From Fibrobacteria bacterium (GTDB lineage Bacteria > Fibrobacterota > Fibrobacteria > UBA11236 > JADFYW01): a stretch of 64,000 nucleotides of DNA. Shown here piece by piece: positions 27,301 through 35,913 of the stretch. The translations under genes and the position numbers were made by a program. The stretch covers positions 1 to 64,000 of the forward strand of contig JBNKOC010000007.1 of assembly GCA_050294405.1 (NCBI GenBank). Reading direction: 5' to 3'. The notes under the pieces were generated by a model. That model saw only the letters and a list, made by a program, of their open reading frames with translations. It searched no databases and was not told where the DNA came from. Each line of letters begins with the position of its first letter. Position 1 is the stretch's first letter.

Positions 27301-29544
27301 ATGATAAAGGTTACCCAATTAAATACAAACAAAACACTTCTTATAGTTTTAGCATTTATGGCTTTAATTATTAGCGGATGTATAACCAGTACAGAGCCCC
27401 CGGTATACAGTCATGAAAGCAGAGAGGAGAATCCAACAGATTCTTTATCCACTCTGGATTCAAGCCAAGTTGCAGACAGCATACCCAGAAAAGAAATTAT
27501 AAACATTAAAGACAGTCTGGCCGCAAAAGATAGCCTTGATTTAGTCCAAAAGGAAGATACGAATCAGGTGCCAGATACAGACCCAATAGAAGGAAAACTG
27601 GATCATAGCGATATTATTAAAAAAGAGGATGGCAGCGTTGTAATTAATACGCCGGACAATGAGCTTGTGCTTGAAAAGTCGGACTTGGATATTGCCTATA
27701 ACGAAGATGGAACTATTCAATCCATTGAAGGTACAGCAACGATTCCCAGCCCTACGAATTACATAAATATTGAAAACCCACTAGAAGCGGCCGTGGGCTA
27801 TTTTAAAGGAGATTATTTAAACACGGAATGGGAGGTATCCATCCCCCTTAACCCAAACCGATATTATATGGCCTTCAAATTGGCACTAAATACAGAAGTA
27901 AAAATGGGTTTTAACAACAACAATGAAGACACCAAGCCTATTTCACTAAAACCACCACTGGGCGGGCATATTATTGAAATCATTGATTTGGAAGAACCCT
28001 TTTTCTTTTTCTCAGCATCCCAGGACTTAATTGGTGAGCTTTGTTTTGGAGGTTCCGTGAATCCTGTTATTCCTTTCGAACCATTACAGCCTCACGAAAA
28101 ATTCCAAAGCTTTAATGGGACCAGCTTTCGCTGTGGGAGTTTTCCCCTCTTCAATGGAGTAACTGTTAAAGGATCCATTATTCAAAACCAGGGATTTTCC
28201 GCTGAGCTAACATCTGAAAATCCTTTGCCATTATCCTTTGATGTTAATTATTACGCAGGCATAAATGGGGAATTTGATTTAGGACTTCCTATAAAAGGTT
28301 GGCTTGAATTTGGTATTCCCTTGGGAGAAGCAAGTGCCGGGTTAACTGTGGATGTTGGCACCAGCGGGGCATACATGCAAATGTTTCTAAATGGACTAGC
28401 GAAACCCGATAACAGTTGGTGGCCCGAGTTCGTACCTGTTAAACCGGCAGCACAAATGAGATTAAAGGGCTATTTGGATGAAACCGGAGACTTTGATTTG
28501 AGCTTGGAAGGTAAAATGGAATTGGAGCTTCCCAATCGCAGCACTTCTATCGAAGCCATTGGCAAACTGACTCCCGAAAGCTTCACCATTAGCAGTTCGG
28601 TGGAAAGTGAAGGGCTCCGCTACACTTTAGGGGCTGTGTTGGAGGCCCGGCAAGCTGATGTATATACAGAATTTCCTGAAGAAGGTGGAATTGTAAACAA
28701 CATGACAGACTTATTAGAAGAACATATTAAACAAACGGCTACTAAATCTGTGGATTCCAGTTTAATGGAAATTTCTGAAGCTAAGAAAAACCTGGAGACA
28801 TCTTTGGCCAACTATGAATTTGAGCGCAGCCTGAGGGGCCTACGCAGCACTTTGCCCCCTCTTGTGGATAACAGCATTAAATTCATTGACAGCAAAGTTA
28901 GCAGCACCATAGCCAGTGCAAGAAAAAGTGCTAAAAATTCCATTTCCTCACCTGCAAAATATTGCAGTGATAACATTAGCAGTAAAGTGGCTGAAATTGT
29001 TAATCCTTATAAAAATGCGCTGAGAAATCTGAAATCTGCAACCTTATTGGAAGACAATGAAATGGCACGAGTTCAATTGGAAGCCGCCTTGCGAAAACTA
29101 GCTTCTATGAATAAGATCAACACATCCAAAAAATTTACTGTAAAAGTTGGCAGCACTATTACTGGCTGCGGTATTACCAGCTCTCAATCCAGGACTGTAA
29201 AAGTTAGTTTGACCGTAATATCCGAAGATAATGTGAATGACCTTTTATTGGCTGCGGACAATATGAAAAGCATTCCAGAAACTAGCAACGATGTAATAAA
29301 GGCCCAAGATTTATTGGACAAACTTCCTTCAGAAGAAGATTTACAAAAATTAAGGAATGGAATTTTAAATGAAGTAGAAATGGATTTTAAAGTGAGTCGG
29401 GTTGGCTTTATTAAAAATAACCGGGACTTAGCATTGCATTTTTACATAGTTATAAATAAGGAAGTCCATCAAATAGAAAACCTGGATATTTTTGACCTGG
29501 GATCCATCGCAAAAGCAGCAGTTAATTTTTTGGATTCGAAATAA
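27301..29544 (+). CDS. Lipoprotein of unknown function, paralogue of the C-terminal part of 24452..27088
   Basis: Lipobox ISGC, GGAGG RBS; beta-rich middle and helical C-terminal region. Confidence 0.75.
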   Translation: MIKVTQLNTNKTLLIVLAFMALIISGCITSTEPPVYSHESREENPTDSLSTLDSSQVADSIPRKEIINIKDSLAAKDSLDLVQKEDTNQVPDTDPIEGKLDHSDIIKKEDGSVVINTPDNELVLEKSDLDIAYNEDGTIQSIEGTATIPSPTNYINIENPLEAAVGYFKGDYLNTEWEVSIPLNPNRYYMAFKLALNTEVKMGFNNNNEDTKPISLKPPLGGHIIEIIDLEEPFFFFSASQDLIGELCFGGSVNPVIPFEPLQPHEKFQSFNGTSFRCGSFPLFNGVTVKGSIIQNQGFSAELTSENPLPLSFDVNYYAGINGEFDLGLPIKGWLEFGIPLGEASAGLTVDVGTSGAYMQMFLNGLAKPDNSWWPEFVPVKPAAQMRLKGYLDETGDFDLSLEGKMELELPNRSTSIEAIGKLTPESFTISSSVESEGLRYTLGAVLEARQADVYTEFPEEGGIVNNMTDLLEEHIKQTATKSVDSSLMEISEAKKNLETSLANYEFERSLRGLRSTLPPLVDNSIKFIDSKVSSTIASARKSAKNSISSPAKYCSDNISSKVAEIVNPYKNALRNLKSATLLEDNEMARVQLEAALRKLASMNKINTSKKFTVKVGSTITGCGITSSQSRTVKVSLTVISEDNVNDLLLAADNMKSIPETSNDVIKAQDLLDKLPSEEDLQKLRNGILNEVEMDFKVSRVGFIKNNRDLALHFYIVINKEVHQIENLDIFDLGSIAKAAVNFLDSK

Positions 29545-29592
29545 AACAAAAAAAATATTCAGGAATTTAACAGTCCTCCGATTGTTAAAGGA

Positions 29593-29631
29593 GCTACCCG
29601 TTTTCCAATAAGAAAACGGGTAGTTTTTTTT
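29593..29631 (+). terminator. Intrinsic terminator
   Basis: ctacccgttttc-caataa-gaaaacgggtag followed by a T-run. Confidence 0.85.
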
Positions 29632-29746
29632 ATAAAAATAATTCGGTGATACCCTCTTCAACTTTCCCTTTGACTTTTTTTTAATAAATATTAAGTTATA
29701 GTAATATTCCCTTGGCCTTAGCCAGGGACAATTTTTCGGGCAGGCA

Positions 29747-32113
29747 ATGAACAGATACTTTTTTTATAGTTCCATAGCTGTGGGCATTTTTATGCTCGTT
29801 ATAACAGGCTGTCAATTTCCCATGGAAATAATCGACGGCAATGATTCTGATTTTGCTAAGCCTCTGGCAAAGTTAAATGGCATTACCGATGTTCAAGAGG
29901 ATCCTAATTTCAGCAGCGAAAAATTAAAGTCTCTCACAAATAAACGCTGGGCTATAATTTGGCAAGTTTACTCCCATCGCTTTGAAAGCTGGGAACCAAT
30001 GGATTTAGGTCCAGTGGATAGTGATGTTCCCTACCCATTTAACTTTGAAGTCAAAAATCTCCCACGCTCCGATCTTTTACAGGAGCCATTTATTATTGCC
30101 GGTAAAATAGTGATGTATTCCGATGTAAATGGAGATGAAAAAATTTTGACATCTGATTTAATCCCTGAAGAATCTATACAAACTCTGGAGTGGATGAAAA
30201 AAACAAGAGTAAGGCTACATGAAAAATTAATACAACTCCATAATTTGTCTGAAAAATTAAAGGCCGGAACTACTGCCACAATCACTATTATGGAAGACAA
30301 CACCAACAAAAAAATTTGGTTAGAAGCTTCTTCAGGGAAATTAGAGCAGGAATATTCGGGGCAAAGCATTAGTTTGGAAGCATGTACCCATGGAATTTTA
30401 GACTTCTATGCCCCTTCTACAAGTTGGAAAAAGCTTTTGGACAGGCGAACCCCGTTCAAAATCAAATGGCCCTATTATTCCGACACACTGTCCAATGGAA
30501 TAGTTCGTCATCAATATCAAATAACCTCTCAATACAAAATATTAAAGGAAAATTTTGAGGAATTTCGAACTATTTTTAGCAATTACATTAAGGAGTTTAA
30601 CAAATATTATTCAACATATATACAATACATAAAGGACAAAAAAGAAAAGCACTGGGAAGATTATCCATTTGACCATACCCTAAATAAAGATTGGATTGCA
30701 GGGGCGAGCGCCAAATCAACGCTTTTGTTTTTTAAGGACGAAGCAGAAATAAGCGAACTCAAAGAAGCCATTAACACATCCACAGTTTATGTAAACAGCT
30801 TAAAGGGTTTACAACCAGGATATCAACTGGTTCATTGTGAAAGCGACCTGGATTGCGTATTTGCGCCGGAAAATCACGAAATAAAAGTCAATCTTTGCGA
30901 GGGATTAGACTGCTTAAACAATTTAACCCCCCCGTCCGTAAAAACAACAAACCGTGAATTATTGGATACCGAACTAAATGGTTTTAGCAAGTTGCCTGGA
31001 AAATTCCATATTAATAAACCTCCCTTTGATTTTTATTTAACGCATAGAGAAAAGAGCATATGGTTATTTATCCCTCCTGAGGTTTTAAATTTTGTGGGAT
31101 TGCAAAACACCGGACCCATTCGATTACAACTCAACACGGACTCAATATTGGTGTCTCCAATTATTGATAATATTTCCATAGAAATTCCAGATTGGGATGC
31201 TGATGATATGGACAACCTCAAGTTTAATTTTTTCCAGGAAGCAAATGCAATTAGGGTAGAAGGCAATTTTCCTCAAGAGCAGCTCCATTATTTAGATAGC
31301 ATTCCAATATGGACTTCTAATTTCACAGTATCCGAAGAATTACCTAAAAAAATTTTGGGAGGATATGCCATTACACCAACCCAAACGGCATTCTTAAAAA
31401 CCGATGAGGCCAACAATCTTATATTAAGCCTGCCATATAATTTTTCTAAGCCGGATTTAAATGAATTGTCTTTGCTTCAAATAGGCTTAGGTTCCTATGT
31501 TTCACCGGATTTAGATTTTCGGGTGGATATCAAAGAAAACGAATTGGGGCAAGTTTTTAAAGCGCATTTTTCCAGTAATATGTTTACGCCATTTTGTGCC
31601 GCCAAAGAAGATTACCAAATTAGAGGCGCACATGAAATGACCGTTCATTCCATGAATGGAATTTCAAGAAGTTCTTTAGTTGGAGATACGCCCTCATTAA
31701 AATTGTTTAACTGCAATAAATCCAAATTTATTGGTACAGCTCAATACCCCATTGTTCGCTCTTCCTTTGTAGAATCCAGTGAGAACGAGCCTTTGATTTT
31801 CACAAATAATTCCGAAATAATTCTAGAGGTTAATACTGAAAATAAAATGGCTGGAATTGAATTACAGGTTTGCCCGGATTCTTCTAGTTCAACTGTAGCG
31901 CTCTCACTTATGGGAGGGACCCATCCAGACAGCATTGTAAATATCCATGCGGATGAGAACGATTATCAATTATCTAAAGATGGAAGCCTAATTGAATTTC
32001 GCCCCCTGGAAACTTATTCTTCGCCATATTATTACCGAATTAAAATTGAACCTAGGTATGGTCGAACCACACAATTTAGTTTAGCTCAACTAGTCATTTT
32101 AAAAAGTATTTAA
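29747..32113 (+). CDS. Hypothetical lipoprotein (788 aa), first gene of the ECF-caspase operon
   Basis: Lipobox ITGC; two segments resembling DUF3471-type beta domains (LPGKFHI..., ILGGYAI...); 3 nt from the sigma gene. Confidence 0.7.
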   Translation: MNRYFFYSSIAVGIFMLVITGCQFPMEIIDGNDSDFAKPLAKLNGITDVQEDPNFSSEKLKSLTNKRWAIIWQVYSHRFESWEPMDLGPVDSDVPYPFNFEVKNLPRSDLLQEPFIIAGKIVMYSDVNGDEKILTSDLIPEESIQTLEWMKKTRVRLHEKLIQLHNLSEKLKAGTTATITIMEDNTNKKIWLEASSGKLEQEYSGQSISLEACTHGILDFYAPSTSWKKLLDRRTPFKIKWPYYSDTLSNGIVRHQYQITSQYKILKENFEEFRTIFSNYIKEFNKYYSTYIQYIKDKKEKHWEDYPFDHTLNKDWIAGASAKSTLLFFKDEAEISELKEAINTSTVYVNSLKGLQPGYQLVHCESDLDCVFAPENHEIKVNLCEGLDCLNNLTPPSVKTTNRELLDTELNGFSKLPGKFHINKPPFDFYLTHREKSIWLFIPPEVLNFVGLQNTGPIRLQLNTDSILVSPIIDNISIEIPDWDADDMDNLKFNFFQEANAIRVEGNFPQEQLHYLDSIPIWTSNFTVSEELPKKILGGYAITPTQTAFLKTDEANNLILSLPYNFSKPDLNELSLLQIGLGSYVSPDLDFRVDIKENELGQVFKAHFSSNMFTPFCAAKEDYQIRGAHEMTVHSMNGISRSSLVGDTPSLKLFNCNKSKFIGTAQYPIVRSSFVESSENEPLIFTNNSEIILEVNTENKMAGIELQVCPDSSSSTVALSLMGGTHPDSIVNIHADENDYQLSKDGSLIEFRPLETYSSPYYYRIKIEPRYGRTTQFSLAQLVILKSI

Positions 32114-32116
32114 TTC

Positions 32117-32740
32117 ATGTCCTTTAATTCCACAAAAAAATATTGGACCTCGGGGGAGTTTGAACAACATTACAACCAATATTTTTCACTAATTTATGGG
32201 ATTCTATTGAGGTATAGCAAAAACCCCCTGGATGCGAAAGATTTAACCCACGATGTTTTTATCAAATGCTATGAGAATTTTGAGAATTTCCGTGGAGATT
32301 CTAAAGTTTCAACCTGGCTTTACAGAGTGGCGGTAAATTATGGAATAGATTATTTACGCAAAAAAAAACCAAATTATTTAGACCCCAAGCAACTTGAATT
32401 TTTAAGCTCGGAATGCCAGGAAAATTTAGAACAAAATGTGTTAACAAAACTGTCTTTTGAGAAAATGCTTACTCAAGTAAATTCGACATCCAGAGAAATT
32501 CTGTTTTTATATTTTTTTGAAAAATTAAATCAAGTTGAAATAGCCGAACTTATAGGAATTTCCCGACAGGCAGTAAAAAAACACCTTGATAAATTTCAAA
32601 AAATTAAAACTCCACTTTTAAAGCAATTTCAGTCCATTCTAGTTTGGGTTGCATTATTATTGAGCCAATTCGTCCAACCATTTGACCCGAATTTTGGGGA
32701 AAAATTGGAACCTACCCAGGAGAATCATGAATACCAATAA
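32117..32740 (+). CDS. ECF RNA polymerase sigma factor
   Basis: DAKDLTHDVFIK, FRGDSKVSTWLYRVAVNYGIDYLRK (region 2), LNQVEIAELIGISRQAVKKHL (region 4). Confidence 0.92.
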   Translation: MSFNSTKKYWTSGEFEQHYNQYFSLIYGILLRYSKNPLDAKDLTHDVFIKCYENFENFRGDSKVSTWLYRVAVNYGIDYLRKKKPNYLDPKQLEFLSSECQENLEQNVLTKLSFEKMLTQVNSTSREILFLYFFEKLNQVEIAELIGISRQAVKKHLDKFQKIKTPLLKQFQSILVWVALLLSQFVQPFDPNFGEKLEPTQENHEYQ

Positions 32741-33464
32741 TATGGATTCATCTCTTAGTTTTTTTAAGTACGCAGCCGGGTTAATGGATCCCGCTGAGAA
32801 AAAAAACTATGAAAAAGTTTTGGAATCCAATCCGGATTTGAAAGAAAAACTATTGGATTTAAATCAGTATGATAGCCAAAAAAATTTCCAGGAGCTTGCT
32901 GCCAAAACCGTTTATAAAAATCGCAAAAATATAACAAAGCCCGCTGGTTTCAGGAGTTTCTCAATGATATCGCTGTTTTCTAAAAAAAGGCAGCCTATTT
33001 TGGCTTTTGCAGTCTCCATGTTCATACTAGTATGCGCGATTTTAATTATTGAAAACCCTCAAAAAAAATTGATATACGCTTCAAAAGGAAGTGATGGCCT
33101 CCAATTAATAATTAATAACGAACCATTGTTAAAAAACCAAATAAAAGATGTTCACCATGGAGACACTATTCATATCAGACATCGCAACCTTAGCTATCCT
33201 TTTCTTCAAATATGGTATAAGGATGATCAAGAACCACCTTTACCCTACATAGCGCCCTCAATTAAAATTAATCCGGATAATAATTGGAATTGGGTTCCAA
33301 AATCAATTGTGATTCAAGGGCATTCCTGGCAATTTGAAACTATATGGGTAATCCTTTCTCAAAATCATCTTAATAAGAACGAAGCCCTTAACGCAATTCA
33401 AAACCCTCATGACAAAGTATTGGTTCAAAAGTATGAAATCCGCAATTTGGATTATAAACCTTAG
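32727..33464 (+). CDS. Putative single-pass anti-sigma factor
   Basis: YAAGLMDPAEKKNYEKVLESNP anti-sigma-like N-terminus without Zn ligands, one TM, ASKGS motif, small exported beta domain; overlaps sigma stop; start inferred at ATG 32727. Confidence 0.7.
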   Translation: MNTNNMDSSLSFFKYAAGLMDPAEKKNYEKVLESNPDLKEKLLDLNQYDSQKNFQELAAKTVYKNRKNITKPAGFRSFSMISLFSKKRQPILAFAVSMFILVCAILIIENPQKKLIYASKGSDGLQLIINNEPLLKNQIKDVHHGDTIHIRHRNLSYPFLQIWYKDDQEPPLPYIAPSIKINPDNNWNWVPKSIVIQGHSWQFETIWVILSQNHLNKNEALNAIQNPHDKVLVQKYEIRNLDYKP

Positions 33465-35007
33465 TTTAATTTTAACTGTATCTCTGGTATCGGGAAAAGT
33501 ATCCCGGGTTGGGATTATTATTGGAGCAAATAAAGGTTTAAAAAATGAAGAAAAACTTTCTTATGCGGATAATGATGCAAACAAAATGTTCGATGTGCTA
33601 AAAAAATATGGGAAATTTGAACCCGATAATTTAATGTTATTAAAAAATGAAAGTTACTCGTCATTTACAACTTCGTTAAATAAAATACAGAATAAGATAA
33701 ATAGCCTTAAAGCGAAGGGTGATAAAGTTATATTCTTATTTTACTACTCCGGCCATGGTAGTCTTTCCTCCCTTCACATACATGGTAAATCCTTAAATAA
33801 AAGTTATTTGATGGATAAACTATCTGATTTTCCTGCCGACATGAAAATTCTTTTAATAGACGCATGTGAGTCTGGTAGTTTTTTGAGAAAAAAAGGAGGA
33901 TATGTTGTTGACAAGCAAATTATAAATAAAAAAGAAGATTTAGCTTCGGAAGGAACTGTTATTATTACCTCAAGTTCAACCAATGAATCCTCCCATGAAT
34001 CAATCAATTATAAAGGTTCTATTTTTTCCCATCATTTGATTAATGGATTAAAAGGCTTGGCAGACTATAATGAAGATAACCAGGTAAGTTTAATTGAGGC
34101 TTACCAATACGCCCAATTGGCAACTCATATGGAAAACATTTCGGAAGGCGCTCCTCGGCAAAATCCCGGCTTTGATATGGATGTAGTTGGCAAGGAGGGC
34201 ATAGTATTAACTCAATTACCCACAAAAGTTGGCGGTATTTTATTTAAAGAAATGCCCCCGGCAACCATCGAGGTTTACAATAAACTTACCGCAGAATACT
34301 ATTCAAAAATTTATTTGTCAGGTAAAAAAAATATAAACCTTGTGGTACCCATCGGAAAATACGTCTTAACATATCATACTGGTGAAAGAACTTATTCGTC
34401 AAATATAAATTTGGATGCCTTAAGTGATCCGAAAGTGGAAATTTCTCCTAAAAACTTTAAAGAAAACCGCCGGAATCCCGTAATTAAAAAGGGATTAAAA
34501 AGATTAATCTTAAATCCTCATGGGTTTCAAATTAGTGCGAGATTTCAAAATTCATTTAAAGAAAAAAACCATAGCTCAATTCAAGCTGCCTATGACTACC
34601 AAGGTGTTTTTTTAAAAAACCAGCTCGGCCTGGCGTTAAGCACTTACAACACCCAAGGGATATATTTTAATAAAGAGGTATGGCTGTCCTCTCTATTTGC
34701 AAACTCTATGTTAACGCTTTATAAAAATAATTTTGGCCAAGCGCTTTATGGGTTGGGTAGTAAAATAGGACTAGTGAACCAAAAACTTTGGGATAACCGT
34801 TTAACCCAATTAGCTAAGAAAACTCCCCCTGAAACGAATTATTCACTTTATTTTTCTGGATACATGCCTTTGACCCTGGAGCTACACTTTGTCTCCTCAA
34901 TATCAATTGTATCTGGGGTAAATCTCAATCTTGACTTCTATCAGCAGAAAAATTGGACTGTAAATTTTAATCTGAGTCCAGAGCTTGGGTTAAAGTTTAA
35001 TTTTTGA
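33433..35007 (+). CDS. Exported caspase-family (peptidase C14) protein
   Basis: Signal peptide MKSAIWIINLSLILTVSLVSG; IIIGAN, LSYADNDA, FYYSGHG and IDACESG His/Cys dyad, GSIFSHHLINGLKGLAD; beta-rich C-terminus ending in F. Confidence 0.88.
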   Translation: MKSAIWIINLSLILTVSLVSGKVSRVGIIIGANKGLKNEEKLSYADNDANKMFDVLKKYGKFEPDNLMLLKNESYSSFTTSLNKIQNKINSLKAKGDKVIFLFYYSGHGSLSSLHIHGKSLNKSYLMDKLSDFPADMKILLIDACESGSFLRKKGGYVVDKQIINKKEDLASEGTVIITSSSTNESSHESINYKGSIFSHHLINGLKGLADYNEDNQVSLIEAYQYAQLATHMENISEGAPRQNPGFDMDVVGKEGIVLTQLPTKVGGILFKEMPPATIEVYNKLTAEYYSKIYLSGKKNINLVVPIGKYVLTYHTGERTYSSNINLDALSDPKVEISPKNFKENRRNPVIKKGLKRLILNPHGFQISARFQNSFKEKNHSSIQAAYDYQGVFLKNQLGLALSTYNTQGIYFNKEVWLSSLFANSMLTLYKNNFGQALYGLGSKIGLVNQKLWDNRLTQLAKKTPPETNYSLYFSGYMPLTLELHFVSSISIVSGVNLNLDFYQQKNWTVNFNLSPELGLKFNF

Positions 35008-35111
35008 CTTTGGGCTCCAAAATCTTTTTAAAAACTGGTTGCATTTTACCTACTCCTCCCCGTCTTATTTATATCCAATATTTCACTTAGCAATAAAAAT
35101 AGGGAGGAAAA

Positions 35112-35846
35112 ATGAAAAAGTTTGGATTATTAAAATGTGCGGCCATCCTAATGCTGGGTAGTGGCCTAAACTCATTTGGTGCAGCCTGTACCAAAATCTA
35201 TTCCAGTTACACAATGACCGCACACAAAGCAGGCTGCTTTGAAATTGTAGGCTCAAATCTCACTTTTGATGGCAATGGTTATTCTGTTAATGGAAATACC
35301 GTGAATGAAAGCAATACTATTATTAAAGTAACGGGACAAAATGTGACTGTTCAAGATGTGTTTATTGATTGCAAAACAAAAACCTATGGGGCATTTTTTA
35401 AGAATGCAGGAACTTCAAATTTAAGGAATATTCAAGTGCGCAATTGTTTTGTTGGAGTCGAAAACGATAATTCCAAATTAGTAATAACTGGAAAACAAAT
35501 GGAAGGTTCAAATATGCCTAATAATTATTATGATGTGAGAAATATATACGCAAGTTATGATACTTATACATATACCTATGACTTAGAAGCCCATAATATT
35601 CCGGCTCGTGAAGGACGGGGAGTTCAGATATACTATTCCCAGTTTTATGACTATAAGGGAAATATTTATGGAAAGGATATTGGCATTTTAGGCATCGGCA
35701 ACAAAAATTTATTTTATTTAAATGGTACTAGTCTCACTTATACCAATATGTATGATTTGTATGTTACAAATGTTCCTGCCGTTTACCTCAACAATACATC
35801 CATCGAAAACATCCGAAAATATAAAAGTAATATTTATGAATTATAA
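35112..35846 (+). CDS. Secreted right-handed beta-helix (pectin-lyase-like/NosD-like) protein
   Basis: GGGAGG RBS, signal peptide, GSNLTFDGNGYSVNG, VTGQNVTVQDVFI and Asn/Tyr-rich stacked repeats. Confidence 0.65.
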   Translation: MKKFGLLKCAAILMLGSGLNSFGAACTKIYSSYTMTAHKAGCFEIVGSNLTFDGNGYSVNGNTVNESNTIIKVTGQNVTVQDVFIDCKTKTYGAFFKNAGTSNLRNIQVRNCFVGVENDNSKLVITGKQMEGSNMPNNYYDVRNIYASYDTYTYTYDLEAHNIPAREGRGVQIYYSQFYDYKGNIYGKDIGILGIGNKNLFYLNGTSLTYTNMYDLYVTNVPAVYLNNTSIENIRKYKSNIYEL

Positions 35847-35857
35847 TTAACCATGGT

Positions 35858-35886
35858 GTCTGCCTTATATGTAAGGCAGACTTTTT
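35858..35886 (+). terminator. Intrinsic terminator
   Basis: gtctgcctta-tatg-taaggcagac followed by ttttt. Confidence 0.8.
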
Positions 35887-35913
35887 AAAATTTAAGCAGC
35901 CAAAATTCAAATC

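Noticed and set aside
33433..35007. Caspase as part of an anti-phage cell-death system
   Set aside because: It has a signal peptide and ECF/anti-sigma context; no gasdermin, NLR, TIR or CBASS genes are recognisable nearby
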